Shown here: piece by piece, positions 1 to 12,615 of the stretch
How the letters are laid out: every line of letters starts with the position of its first letter
Position numbering within the stretch: position 1 is the first letter of the stretch
From: Squalus acanthias
Lineage: Eukaryota
Reading direction: 5' to 3'
DNA: 64,000 nt
NCBI GenBank assembly: GCA_030390025.1
Contig: CM059433.1
Coordinates: 31,436,001 to 31,500,000, forward strand
Notes under the pieces: generated by a model
The model's input: the letters and a program-made list of their open reading frames with translations, nothing else
Database searches by the model: none
Told to the model about the DNA's origin: nothing
Made by a program: the position numbers and the translations under genes

Positions 1-47
1 GGCTGAAAGAGTAGTGTGGGAAGAAGTGATCCCAGTTACACAGAGTT

Positions 48-245
48 AGATAGAATCTACAGTGCAGAAACAGGCCATTCGGCCCAACTGGTCTATGCCA
101 GCATTTATACTCCACACAAGCCTCCACACGAGCCTCCTCCCACCCCTCTTCATCTAACCCTATCAGCATATCCTCCTATTCCTTTCTCCCTTGTGTACTT
201 ATCTAATTTCCCCTTAAATGCATCAACTTCCCCTTAAATGCATCA
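48..245 (-). mobile_element. CR1 LINE 3' end fragment
   Basis: tagaatctacagtgcagaaacaggccattcggccc tail, shared with other CR1 3' ends in the window. Confidence 0.8.
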
Positions 246-249
246 GTTC

Positions 250-1845
250 ATGAGACAGTGGCACTGTACCGCTGGGACGGGCTGCACCTGACCCCAGCTG
301 GGACCAAGGTCCTGGCGGAAATGACAAATAGGAATGTAGAAAGGAGCCTAAACTAGTAAAGGGGGCAGAGAATTCAGGTTGATATAATAGTAACCTAAAG
401 ATAAGATAAAGGAAGAGAGAAAAGGTCAGAGTACAAAATGTAATAAAGATAACATAAATACTCAGTGAGCAGAAAAGATTGTGGAGGTACCAATAAAATA
501 CTTGATAGAAATAAGGCAAACATAATGAAAAATAAAAGCATACCAAATTGTCTGTATAGCAATGAATAGAGCTTTAGCAACAAAACAGGAGAATAGGAAG
601 CGACACTTACGAGTCAGGAAATAGATGTAATCGGAATAACAGAAACATGGTTGCAGACAGAACATGATTGGCAGTTAGATATCGCAGGCTATAATGTATC
701 TAGAAATGATAGGGAAGGAAGAAGGGGGGATGGGGTAGCTGTGTCAATCAGATGTAACATAATGACAGTAACAAGAAAGGGCATCATTTATATAACTACT
801 AACGAGATAGTAACAGAATCTAAATAGATTGAGATAAAAAGAAAGGGATTGGTCACACTGTTAGGGATCTGCTACAGACCACCAAATTTCTCATCTCAGT
901 CCAAAATGGCCGACCCCTTATTCTGAGACTGTGACCCCTAGTTCTAGACTCCCCAGCCAGGGGAAATATCCTCCCAGCATCTACCCTGTCAAGCTCCTTA
1001 AGAATTTTATGTGTTTCAATGAGATCACCTCTCATTTTTCTAAATTCTAGGGAATATAGGCCTAGTCTACTCAATCTCTCCTCATAGGACAATCCCCCCA
1101 TCCCAGGAATCAATCGAGTGAACCTTTGTTGCACTCCCTCTAAGGCAAGTATATCCTTCCTTGGGTAATGAGACCAAAACGGTACACAGTACTCCAGGTG
1201 TGGTCTCACCAAGGCCCTGTATAATTGTAGTAAGACTTCTTTACATTGTACTCCAATCCCTTTGTAATAAAGGCTAACATACCATTTGCTTTCCTAATTG
1301 CTTGCTGTACCTGCAGGTTAACTTTCTGTGATTTATATACAAGGACACCAAGGTCCCTCTGAATACCAACATTTTCCAGTCTCTCACCATTTAAAAAATA
1401 CTCTGCTTTTCTATTTTTCCTACCAAAGTGGATAACTTCACACTTCTCCACATTATATTCCATCTGCCATGTTCTTGCCCATTCACTTAACCTGTCTCTG
1501 TCCCTTTGCAGCCTCTTTGCGTCCTCTTCACAGCTTACTTTCCCACCTAACTTTGTATCGTCAGCAAACTTGGATACATTACACTTGGCCCCTTCATCTA
1601 ACCATTGATATAGATTGTAAATAGCTGAGGCCCAAGCACTGACCCTTGCATTACCCCACTAGTTATATAGGGATGAAGGTTTTACAGTGTGTACAAGACT
1701 CCTTTCTGAGCCAATATATAAGAAGTCCAACAAGGGAGGAAGCAGTGTGGGACTAGTAATGGAAAATGAACTGGAACAGATAAGAGAAGTAAGTGTGGGA
1801 GAACATCTAGGCAATTGTGGACACAATATAACTAGGTTTTTCAAA
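250..1845 (+). mobile_element. Decayed CR1 LINE: ORF1 C-terminus and ORF2 endonuclease, interrupted by an inverted CR1 RT fragment
   Basis: At ~266, YRWDGLHLTPAGTKVLAE...LN* (esterase-type ORF1 end). At ~625, DVIGITETWLQ...AGYNVSRNDREGRRGDGVA (APE). At 1665-1845, QCVQDSFLSQYIRSPTREEA...EVSVGEHLGNCGHNITRF. Confidence 0.85.
884..1663 (-). mobile_element. CR1 ORF2 RT C-terminal fragment
   Basis: ORFs 853-1212 and 1206-1463 (VRPHLEYCVPFWS...LGLYSLEFRKMRGDLIETHKI; YNVEKCEVIHFGRKN) match the CR1 at 14298-16328. Confidence 0.9.
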
Positions 1846-2297
1846 AATGGCCTAGAATTTCCTGCAATGGCGAGATCGGCGATATACACTGTAAATTATC
1901 CCACTTTGTGTGGCGAACTTACTCCAAAGTTTCCTGGATTTGTAAATAAAATACACCACAGCCAGCATAGTGGCGAATCAGAAAGAGCACAGTACTCCAA
2001 GAGTGCTCTAGATTCAGATTTAGATTCACAATTTAAAAAACTTTTAGTACCATTTCCTGTGGGACCCTAATGCTAACAATATTTGGTAGTGATGTATTCG
2101 TCTCTAGCGTTTCTATAAATTACTTATACCAAGTATTCATTACACATCAGGGTGACCTCAATTCAAAGGACTTATTTCAAAGAGCCAGGACCCCCTATTC
2201 TGCTTAATAGTAGCTAGACTTCAGAAGGAATTATTTTTGTGTCGTACTGTATGTTTCAGGTTAGTTTGATCGATTGGAAACCAGGCATACAATAAAT

Positions 2298-2749
2298 GTC
2301 AGCCGTGGCTCAGTGAGTAGCGCTCTTGCCTGAGTCAGAAGATCATTGGTTGAAGTCCCACTACAGAGACTTGAGCACAAAATCTAGACTGACACTCCCA
2401 GTACCGTACTGAGGGAGTGCTGCACTCCTAAAGGTGTTGTCTTTCGGATAAGATATTAAACCGAGGCCCCGGTCTGTCCTCTCTGGTAGATGTAAAAGAT
2501 CCCATGGTACTATTCAAAGAAGAGCAAGAGAGTACTAGCCAATATTTATCTCTCACCCAAAACCTAAACTGATTACCTGGTCATTCATTTCATTGTTGTT
2601 TGTGGGAGCTTGCTGTGTGCAAATTGGCTGCCACGTTTTCTACATTACAACAGTGACTACACTTCAAAAGTACTTCATTTGCTGTTAAGCGCTTTGGGAC
2701 AACCTGAGGTTATGAAAGGCGCTATATAAATGCAAGTCTTTCTTTCTTT
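2298..2749 (+). mobile_element. tRNA-derived DeuSINE (SacSINE1-like), full length
   Basis: tRNA head (gtggctcagtgagtagc A box, ggttgaagtccc B box), Deu-domain core (ttaaaccgaggcccc...aaagatcccatgg) and L2-like tail aaaggcgctatataaatgcaagtctttc. Confidence 0.85.
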
Positions 2750-2959
2750 AAATATTTTGCCAGGATAATTTAGTGGTGTTTCGACACCATGTGCAGACGA
2801 GACCGTTTGAATGAGGTAAATTATTGGTAAATGAGGCCATTATTTGTGAGGCGAAGTGGCAGTGACGAGAAAACGAGCTTTAATTCAGGAAATTCATGAT
2901 TGCTATTGATTTGAATGAGGGAGCAGAGCTATGATAATTATCTTCTCTGTTTTAAGGGA

Positions 2960-3330
2960 AAAAAGAAAGAACTTACATTTCTATAGCATCCATGTCAGGA
3001 TGTCCCAAAGTGCTTTACAGCCAATGAAGTACTTTTGAAGTGTAGTTGTTGTTGTAGTGTAGGGAAAAGCAGCAGCCAACTTGTGCACAACAAGATCCTA
3101 GAATCAGCAATGTGATAATGACCAGAATCTGTTTTAGTAATGTTGATGAGGGATAAATATTGGTCAGGACACCGGGGATAACTCCCTTGCTCTTCTTCAA
3201 AATAGTGCCATGGGATCTTTTACATTAACCTGAGAGGGCAGATAGAGCCTCGGTTTAATGTCTCATCCAAAAGACGGCACATCCGACAGTGCAGCACTCC
3301 CTCAGTACTGCACTGGGAGTGTCGGTCTAT
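2960..3330 (-). mobile_element. DeuSINE, 5'-truncated
   Basis: Reverse complement of the 2298-2749 family. Confidence 0.85.
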
Positions 3331-3334
3331 TTTA

Positions 3335-3560
3335 CTCAGAGCAGTGAGAATGTGGTTCTTGATGCCACATGGAGTGTGAAACAGATAACATTGATACATT
3401 TAAGGGAGGTTAATGCATACCTTGGGGAGAAGTGAATAGAGGGAGACGGAGGGCAGAGCGGGAAGAGGCAATTGGACTGAGAGGAGGTTTGCGTGGAGTA
3501 TAAACACTGGCATAGACCAGTTGGACCTGTGTCTGTGCTGTATATGCTGTGCAATTCTCT
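3335..3560 (+). mobile_element. CR1 3' end fragment
   Basis: tttactcagagcagtgagaatgtgg...gtgtctgtgctgtatatg; same family as 4605-4860 and 59067-59312. Confidence 0.7.
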
Positions 3561-4164
3561 TTTTAAAAAAGAAAAAATGTATTTAATGCAACAAAGATCA
3601 AACCTTAAAAATGAGTATTTCAAGTACTGCAGACTTTGTTTCTATTATTACATTGTCTGGGTTAAAGAAAAGAATCATTTTGTTAAGAAGAAAGTTCTAA
3701 TGTCCAGTAATAGGCAAATGGACGCAAAGGCAACATTTTGGAAAGGACAGACATATTCCTTCGTCTAATATTCCTTCTTTTGGTTGGCACGGCAACTCAT
3801 CAGGGAGCTGCCTGCCAGAGCAACGATGTTCTGATTAGTGTGAGCTGATCTGGCTGTGAGCTATAAGGAAGCTGCATGAGATTGAAAAGGGAAATTTAAA
3901 AAAAAAACTGTCTGGAATGAGAAAAAGAAAATCAGATATGGAGGGAGAGGCTTGTGACTCTAATGAATGGAAATTATACATCGTGTCTAGCTTGACAGGG
4001 AAGAAAAATAGTAAAAATGAGGAAGACGTATGTTTTTAATTTAAAAAAATGAATAATTGACATCAATATCCAAAGAGCGAATAGAATACTACATCGGTAT
4101 AGACGCACTCCTAAGTTTATTTTGTTTTTTTAGAAAGGCCTTATAATGTCACCACCAATGTCCT

Positions 4165-4575
4165 CATCTTAAAGAATGTCTAATACTGCCATCACACCTG
4201 TCTTTGTCAAGCTCCAATGGTTCCCTATGACCCAGTGAATTGACTTTCTTGCTTTCAAATCCCTCCATGCTCTCAGCCCACCACACCACAGCTTTTTCCC
4301 TTCAGCTGTATCTCCCCACTCTTCTGACCCAACTCTATGTGTCCCTGCACCATCGATGGCTGAGCTTTCATCCATTATCCCCCATTTTCTGGAACTCATT
4401 CCCCTGCCATCTCCCTCTCTGCCTTTTAGACCATGATTTCAGCTCCACTTCCTAACTCCTTTCCTATATTATAACTATGACTGCACGTCAAAAGTATTTC
4501 ATTGGCTGTAAAGCGCTTTTGGATGTCCTGAGGTCGTGAAAGATGTTATATGAATGCCAGTCTTTCTTTCTTCTT
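4165..4575 (+). mobile_element. Degenerate L2 3' fragment followed by a DeuSINE 3' tail
   Basis: catcacacctgtctttgtcaagctccaatggttccc... resembles 28980-29440; the SINE tail runs 4477-4575. Confidence 0.6.
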
Positions 4576-4604
4576 TTCCTCTCTCCTCCTGAATAATGTA
4601 CCAT

Positions 4605-4860
4605 TACATAGAATGTACAGCACAGAAACAGGCCATTTGGCCCAACTGGTCTGTGCCGGTGTTTATGCTCCACACGAGCCTCCTCCCACCCTACTTCATC
4701 TCCCCCTATCAACATAACCTTCTATTCCTTTCTCCCTCCTGTGTTTATCTAGCTTCCCCTTAAATACATCTATACTATTCAGCTCAACTACTCCATGTGT
4801 TAGCGAGTTCCACATTCTATCCATTCTCTGGGTAAAGAAGTTTCTCCTGAATTCTCTTTT
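4605..4860 (-). mobile_element. CR1 3' end fragment
   Basis: ORF 4696-4881 (RRNFFTQRMDRMWNSL...FKGKLDKH) plus catagaa tail. Confidence 0.85.
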
Positions 4861-4899
4861 GCCCTTGTTTCTTTCCTCCACTTTGTAAAGTACGTTGAG

Positions 4900-5880
4900 A
4901 CCTCATTCTGTATGGCAGGAGATCTGTAGAAATCTAAGTTATTGGCCTGTATTTTCCGATTGGAGGTTCCCTGCGTGCGGAGGCCTCCGATCTGGAATAA
5001 ATCTACGCCCTTACCTGAGGGCTCCGGAGGTCCGGACTCTTCCGCTCCTGGGCCTCTGCTCTGTGAAATGCGCAGGGCCCAGGTATCCCAGGGGCGCATG
5101 TGGTTCGCAAGCGTCCCTGGGATCACGTGGGCCATGGGGAACCAATGAAAGAAGCGAATCCCCCTTTATACTTATGACAGCATAGACCTGTCAAAAGTCT
5201 GAATGGGGATCACTGAAAAAACACATCAAAACATTAAATACATTTTTTTTTAAATCAAGTTTTCAAAAATTAGTTAAAATTACATTAAATTAAATATTTT
5301 AAACAAAACTTTAATTTTTTTTAATTATAAATGAGTGAAGAAAAAATTATTTTTTTACTTTTTTAAACTCTTATGCTGGTAAAAGCAGGCCTTACGCCTG
5401 CTTTTTCCAGGCGTAAGATTTTTAAAGGTTTTCAGTGGGCGGAGGTTCTGCAGAAAGCGGAACACTCCACCCACAGAGGCCCTTCTCCAGGGCAGGCAAG
5501 AGGATTCTTGTCAGATAGGAGACAGCAACGGGGGCAGGTGCTGGCAGGCGGCCAGCAACAAAAATGGCCGCCCGGCACATCCCCTTTAATTTGCGCCGTC
5601 CCGGCCGCAGGTAGGCCCCCCTGACCCCGTCGGACATAGTGTCCGGCGGTAAGTCAGGGGGCGCTACCGAAGATCTCGGCTGGGGCTCTGCGCACGGCGA
5701 TGATGTCATTGCCGGCGGCGCAGTGCCGCGGGGCGCTAACAGTTAACGCCGCCGCTAACCTCCTGCTGAATTTCGTGGGAAGCGTTGGCAGCGCCGCGCC
5801 CAGGTGCTAGTTGCTTTGCGCCCCGTTAGCGCCCTCTTAGGGCACTTACAGGAGGCGCAAAGCAACCAAATTTTTCTCCA
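4900..5880. mobile_element. Harbinger-derived MITE (left end unclear)
   Basis: GC/CpG-rich arms around an AT-rich core. The right arm gcgccccgttagcgccctcttagggcac...aaatttttctcc resembles the terminus of the 43736-44630 MITE. Confidence 0.6.
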
Positions 5881-5889
5881 TATTAAGCT

Positions 5890-6135
5890 GAGGAGGGAGA
5901 TGAAGAGAATTTTTTTTAAGCAGCGAGTTGTTGTGATCAGGAATGCACTGCCTGAAAGGGCAGTGGAAGCAGATTCAATAACAACTTTCAAAAGGGAATT
6001 GGATAATTACTTGAAAAGGAAAAATTTGCAGGGCTATGGGGAAAGGGCAGGAGAGCGGGACTAATTAGATAGCTCTTACACAGGCACGATGGGCCGAATG
6101 ACCTCCTTCTGTGCTGCAAGATTCTATAATTCTGT
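5890..6135 (+). mobile_element. CR1 3' end fragment
   Basis: ORF 5804-6064 (FFKQRVVVIRNALPERAVEADSITTFKRELDNYL) plus ttctat tail. Confidence 0.85.
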
Positions 6136-6984
6136 TGCACTGTCAAACCAGTCTCAATCTACCTCTGCAGCAGACTTCAGTTCCCCATCTGCAAACTGAC
6201 CAGGTGCACATCACAGTACTTACATAGCAATTACAACATCGAAACAGGCCATTCAGCCCATCCAGTCCGTGTTGTCGTTTATCCTCCACACCAGCAGTAG
6301 TCCTAATCCTATGTGCCTGTTTTGTCATATGAGTTCATTTGACTCGAGTGGATTACTAAAAGGCAAACCTTAATGGTTTTGCTCAGTGGCATCTGAAATT
6401 ACAATATGCGCAGTGCTTTTTCTATAACATTAAATAGGAATGTGCATAAAGACCAGAGGCCATAGCACCCTCCAATTCATTGTGTTTGCCGCAGAGATAG
6501 AGTTCCAAAAATAATTAACCAAGTTGGTCGGCTGCCGGGCAGGAAACGGAAAAAAAAAATCATATTGAGGTACTGCTGTTAAATGCGGGAGGATCTCCAC
6601 GTCCCGGGCCTCAACACGTTTCCTGGGCAATTTCGTCCTCCCTCGCACCCTCCCCACCTCCCCTTAAATATTGAGGACAAGAAGTCAAAAGCACAGAGAA
6701 ACCACTTAAACGTGCCTTGTTTTGCCAGCTAGTAATGCACCTGTTCCTAATCTGCCATCAGAATCAATGAATGCCACTTCAGTGAATGATTATAAATCTG
6801 AGTAATGTGAACGCAATTGAAAAAAAGCAATTTTTTTCAAACCAACATTGGCTTAGTTGTCATATTCATAAAACAGCATCAATTCACAACTGGGAAATCT
6901 CTCAACAACAAAGTGTCCAAACAAGAAAGAGAAAGCCCGCCAGTTACTGGTGGTTTCTGCTGAATTCGAAAACTGACCTCTCTG

Positions 6985-7408
6985 GAGGTGGCTCTGAATC
7001 AGAAGGTCGTGGGCTCAAGTCCCACGCTAGAGATTTGAGGACAAGAGCTAGGCTGACACTCCAGTGCAGTAGTGAGGGAGTGCTGCACTGTTAGAGGGGC
7101 CGTCTTTTGGATGAGATGTTAAACCGAGGCCCCGCCTGCCCTTTCAAGTGGATGTAAAAGTTCCCACGATCACTATTTCGAAGAAGAGCAGGCGAGTTCT
7201 CCTGGCCAATAACATCACTAAAAGAAATTATCTGGTCATGATCACATTGTTATTTGTGGGATCTTGCTGTGCGCCAATTGGCTGCCATGTTTCCTGCAGT
7301 ACAACAGTGACTACACTTCAAAAGTTACTTCATTGGCTGTAAAGCACTTTGGGACATCCTGAGGCTGTGAAAGATGTGATATAAATACATGTCTTTCTTT
7401 TTCTTTTC
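6985..7408 (+). mobile_element. DeuSINE
   Basis: Same family as 2298-2749; the first part of the head is missing. Confidence 0.85.
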
Positions 7409-7624
7409 TGACCTCTCCCAATGGGGGTAAGTGAGAATTTACAAGCATCTGCTGATATAGATACAACATTCTTGTGCCCTCAGCAGCGAGTATTTAATTG
7501 ACCTCAGAATGTGCTATTTTAGAGCATTTCCCCAAAGATACTCTTTGTGGTCTTAAAGATATAAGCCATTGTTAAACACAACTCTGTCTCAGCAGCAGGC
7601 ATCTCTCTTCAAGGCTATCCCTCT

Positions 7625-9622
7625 ACAAAACAACAACTGGCATTTATATAGCGCCTTTAATGTAGTAAACATCCAAGGCGCATCACAGAAGTGGTATCAA
7701 ACATAATCTGACACCGAGCCACCTGAGCAGATATTAGAACGGGCGACCAAAAGCTTGGTCAAAGAGGTAGGTTTTAAGGGTCTTAAAGGAGGAGAGAGAG
7801 GAAAGAAAGAAAGACTAGCATTTATATAGCGCTTTTTATGATCTCAGGATGTTCCAAAGCACTTTACAGCCAATGAAGTACTTTTGAAGTGTAGTCACTG
7901 TTGTAACGTAGGAAACGTGGCAGCCAATTTGTGCACAGCAAGCTCCCACAAACAGCAATGTGATAATGACCAGATAATCTGTTTTTGATATGTTGATTAA
8001 GGGATAAACATTGGCCAGGACACTGGGGTAACTCTCCTGCTCTTCTTCGAAATAGTGCCATGGGATCTTTTACATCCACCTGATAGAGCAGACGGGGCCT
8101 CGGTTAAGCGTCTCATCCAAAAGACGGCACCTCTGATAATGCAGCACTCCCTCAGTACTGCACTGGAGTGACAGCCTAGATTTTTGTGCTCAAGTCTCTG
8201 GAGTGGATCTATGAATCCACAAACTTCTGACTCAGAGGCAAGAGTGCGACCAGCTGTGCCATGGCTGTCAGAAGAGAGGCGGAGAGGTTTCGGAAGGGAA
8301 TTCCAGAGCTTAGGGCCTAGGCAGTTGAAGGCATGGCCGCCAATGATGGAATGATGAAAATCGGCAATGCGCAAGAGGCCAAAATTGAAGGAGCGCAGAG
8401 ATCTCGGAGGATTGTAGGGCTTGAGTAGATTACAGAGATAGGGAGGGGCAAGGCCATGGAGGGTTTTGAAAACAAGGATGAGAATTTTAAACCGAGGCAT
8501 TGCTTAACCGGGAGCCAATGTAGTCAACGAGCACAGAAGTAATGGGTGAGCGAATTAGGACATGGGCAGCAGAGTTTTGGATGACCTCAAGTTTATGGCA
8601 GGTACAAGATGGGAGGCCAGCCAGTAGAGCATTAAAATAGTAAAGTCTATAGGTAACAGAGGCATGGATGAGAGTTTCAGCAGCAGATGAGCTGAGACAG
8701 GGGTGGAGACAGGCAATGTTATGGAGGTGGAAGTAGGCGGTCTTGGTGATGGAGCAGATATGGGGTCAGAATCTCATCTCAGGGTCAAATAGGATGCCAA
8801 GGTTGTAAACAGTCTGCTTCAGTCTCTGACCAAGGGCCAGGGAGAGCGATAAAGTTGGTGGCTAGGGAACGGAGTTTGTGGTGGGGATCAAAGACAATCA
8901 TTTCGGTCGTCCCAATATTTAGTTGGAGGAAATTTCTGATCATGCAGGACTGGATGTCAGACAAGCAGCGTGACAAATTAGAGACAGCGGAGGGGTCGAG
9001 AGAGGTGGTGGTGAGGTAGAGCTGGGTGTCGTCACCGTACATGTGGAACCTGACATTGTGTTTTCAGATGATATTGCTGAGGGGCAGCATGTAGATGAGA
9101 AATAGGAGGGGGGGGGGCGGGCAAGGGACTCCAGAGGTAATGGTGCGGAGCGGGAAGAGAAGCCATTGCAATTGATTCTCTGGTTCCGACTGGATAGATA
9201 AGAATGAAACCAGGTGGGGGCAGTCCAGCTGGACAACGGAGGAGAGGCGTTGGAGGAAGATGGTGCGGTCAGCTGTGTCAAAGGCAGCAGACGGGTCGAG
9301 AAGGATAAGGAGGGATAGTTTACTATGGTCACATAAGATATCATTTGTGACTTTGATAAGAGCCGTTTCAGTGCTGTGGCAGTAGCAGAAACCTGATCAG
9401 AGGGATTCAAATATGGTGTTGCAGAAAGATGGACACAGATTTGGGAGGCGAGAACACATTCAAGGACTTTGGAGAGGAAAGGGAGGTTGGAGATGGGGTG
9501 ATAGTTTGCAAGGACAGCGGGGTCAAGGGTGGGGTTTTTTGAGGCGAGATATGATGATGGCAGCTTTGAAGGGGAGGGGGACAGTACCCGAGGAGAGAGA
9601 ACCTTAACAATATCAGCAAACA
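7625..9622 (-). mobile_element. L2-clade LINE, 5'-truncated and frameshifted, with nested DeuSINE
   Basis: RT fragments KNPTLDPAVLANYHPISNLPFLSKVLE, MYGDDTQLY...NFLQLNIGTTE and FKILILVFKTLHGLAPPYL; (caa)n tail at 7625. Confidence 0.9.
7801..8269 (-). mobile_element. DeuSINE inserted in the L2 3' region
   Basis: SINE reverse complement interrupting L2 sequence between gagagagag and gagaggcggagagg. Confidence 0.85.
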
Positions 9623-9898
9623 CCTACTAAGGAGAGGGTTATCATGATGTAATTGCTCCCCTCATTACTGTGTAACAATATTTTGGATAATACAGTGTGG
9701 CCTCTGACTTAACTGTGAACAACCTCACTGATTCTGCTAGCTTTATTTAAAAATAAGAGCCAGGTAATATACCTCCGAATTGGCTTTTTTTGGTCACATC
9801 TCCAAGAAAAAGCAAATCAATCGTCAAATTCATTCAGGGCAAACCTTGTTTGACCAGCGGGAAGATGTTTGTCTCCATCTTCTATTTACAATTCAAGC

Positions 9899-10336
9899 CC
9901 CGCTGTGGCTCAGTTGGTAACACCCTCACCTCTGAGTCATGAAGGTTGTGGGTTCAAGTCCACTCCAGAGACTTCAGCACAAAAACACTACGCTGACACT
10001 TCAGTGTCGTCCTTCAGATGAGCCATTAAACCGAGGTCGCATCTGCTCTCTCAGGTGGGCATAAAAGATCCCATGGCCCTATTTTGAAGAAGAGCAGGGG
10101 AGTTTTCCCCGGTGTCCTGGCCAATATTTATTCCACAACCAACATCACTAAAAACGGATTGTCTGGTCATTATCACGTTGCTGTTTGTGGGATCTTGCTG
10201 TGCACAAATGGCTGCCGCGTTTCCTACATTACAACAGTGATTACACTTCAAAAAGTACTTCATCGGCTGGAAAGCGCTTTGGGATGTCTGGTGGTCGTGA
10301 AAGGCGCTATATAAATGCAAGTTTGTCTTTCTTTTT
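9899..10336 (+). mobile_element. DeuSINE
   Basis: tRNA head gtggctcagttggtaacac...ggttcaagtc, Deu core and tail. Confidence 0.85.
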
Positions 10337-10570
10337 CAAAATGATTAATGTATATTCAACAATACGTGTTTTGTTGGCTGGCATATTAAACATTTTGAAT
10401 TCCATTTATAAACAGCAATGATGTTTAATTCCCCTATTAAATTTCTCAATATTTCTGTTTGAAATTAGTTCTTCAAGACGAAGTTGCTGGTGAGCCATGT
10501 GTTATTGTTAAATATAATTTAACCAACCGAGCTGACATTCAACAATATGTGTTCCGCTGATGAGGATGTG

Positions 10571-10800
10571 TCATAGAATCATAGAATCTTACAGCATTCG
10601 GCCCACCGAGCCTATGCCGGCTCTTTGAAAGAGCTGTCCAATTAGTCCCACTCCCCTGCCCTTCCCCCATAGCCCTGCAGAATTTTCCCCTTCAAACATT
10701 TATCCAATTCCCTTTTGAAAGTTACTATTGAATCTGCTTCCACCACCTTTTCAGGCAGTGCATTCCAGATCACAACAACTCGCTGCGTAAAGCGAAATTC
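10571..10800 (-). mobile_element. CR1 3' end fragment
   Basis: (catagaat)2 tail; reverse complement of the 5890-6135 family. Confidence 0.8.
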
Positions 10801-11722
10801 TCATTTCGCGAGAGAGGTTGATTTCTTAATAATGAGTGCCCTGAATGAACTGAACAGCTGACTTGCTTTTTCTTTGGCGATCTGCCAAAAGGCAGCTCTA
10901 CTATCTCTTCCTGGCTTGTTTCAAAAGAAAATAAGGCACTTTCTTCAAGCAGGTACATCAGTGACAGTAGATGAAAGAGAAAGAGTGGCTGGTCACATGC
11001 AAAGATTCACCTGGTTTGAACAGAAAGAAGAAACGCACGAGATTCTCCAGCTGAACATTTAATAAGGCTTGAAGAATCGGTTGAGCAATCGTAGTCTAAA
11101 GATTCAGCAACCCTTTGTTGATCAGTCAAGTTCCTGATCTATATATACGTTCAAACGCCTTACATCAAGCACTTTCATCGCACCTCAAAGTGCCGCACCT
11201 GAAGTGCCACTCATACACTTAATTGGCTCAAATATCTCATAAAACAGCAACAATTCACCACTGGGCAATCTCTCAAAAACATAGGGCTGCATTTTGCCAG
11301 CCGAGACGAGTTGGGGGCGGGACTGCTGCCTTCCGGGTTCTAGTCCTGCCCCCAGTGACGTCTGACGAACGCACGCTATTTTCCCTTGATTGGCCTTGTC
11401 TGCGGGCTTACCGGCCAATTAAGGGAAAGCCAGTGACAGATGACGTCAGCGTATGACGTTTCATCTGTCGAGAATTTTTTGACAGACGAATTGTCAGCGT
11501 TTGACAGCTTTGAGAAGCTGTCAAACACTAGCAATCTCTGTTCTAAGGTGAGCCCTTGCACCAAGGCTTACCAAGACTTCTCTCCTCAGCAGAAAGCAGA
11601 TGGCTGCAGCATCTGAGAATGCAGCAGCCATTCTGTCATCTCTGCCATTGAGATGAGGCACCTCCGGATCCCCAAGGGTTGAAGCCTGCAGGAAGAAGCA
11701 AAGGTAAGGAAACTTTTTCTAA

Positions 11723-12615
11723 GGGGTAAAAATTCACTTGGTTGCGCCACCCGTTAGCGCCTTAAGAGGGCGCTAATGGGGCGCAAAGCCGCTAACGCCC
11801 GGGCGCAGCGATGTTTGCGCCGCTCGAGAACTTAACTTGAGATTGTGCGGCGGCGCTAAAACTTACCGCTGCGACCACCTGCGCGCGCAGATTGTGACGT
11901 CATTCCATGGTGCAACGCCCTTGGGGCGCCCCGTAGCGGAAATTGAGTGGCGCCCCCTGCCTTACCGCCTGGCGCTTCCAACGACCAGAAGACTGGAACG
12001 CTATCAATCGCTGTGGGGCTGGGGGGGGCGCTATTTAAAGGGGGCCTCTTCCTGTCTTTTATTGTTGGTGGCATTTTTGAACTACGCATTCTGAGAGAGA
12101 GAGGGAGAGACTTCTGGAGAGATTCAACGTTGTGTGAAGGAGTTTTGGGTACTGAGCAGCACTTTGCAGGTTCATTTTGATTTGCCATTCCTTGTATCGA
12201 TTTAGCAGAGACCGTGGGAGCTGCACTCTGAGCTCTTTGCCTGGTGCTCTCCATTGTTCTTTCCAGCACATTTGATGTGCAAGTCTCTCCAGGCCGAGAT
12301 TCAAGGCAGCAATGAACAGGATGTGGATGGAAAGCAAGATTAACCATCCCCTTTAAGAACTGGCCCGTGCCATTGTGTGTGTGTTCCATTGCTGACTGAC
12401 ATTACATGAGCTTCGCCAGCGCTCCGAGTTAGCGCCTCACTGCTCGGCCTTTGCGCCTTAAGAGAGGTGTGCAGCGCCTGCTTTAGCGCTCCACTCACCT
12501 CCCGGGGCGGTAAAAGTGAAGTTTCCCGTCAGTGCCGATAATTAGCGCCAGGCGCTAATATTTGCGTCCGGACGATATTTGCGCCCCAAATGGGACGCGA
12601 CCTAATTTCTACCCC
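11723..12615 (+). mobile_element. Non-autonomous Harbinger (MITE), 893 bp, copy 1
   Basis: TIR GGGGTA(A/G)AAATT; perfect TSD TAA (11720-11722 and 12616-12618); near-identical inverted copy at 43736-44630. Confidence 0.95.

Noticed and set aside
2298..2375. tRNA-like sequences (also 9899, 33613, 43317, 56410)
   Set aside because: SINE heads that continue into Deu or V domains, not tRNA genes
11856..12389. 177-aa ORF with a near-identical copy at 43963-44349
   Set aside because: It lies inside a recently duplicated MITE and is frameshifted between the copies; identity reflects youth, not selection
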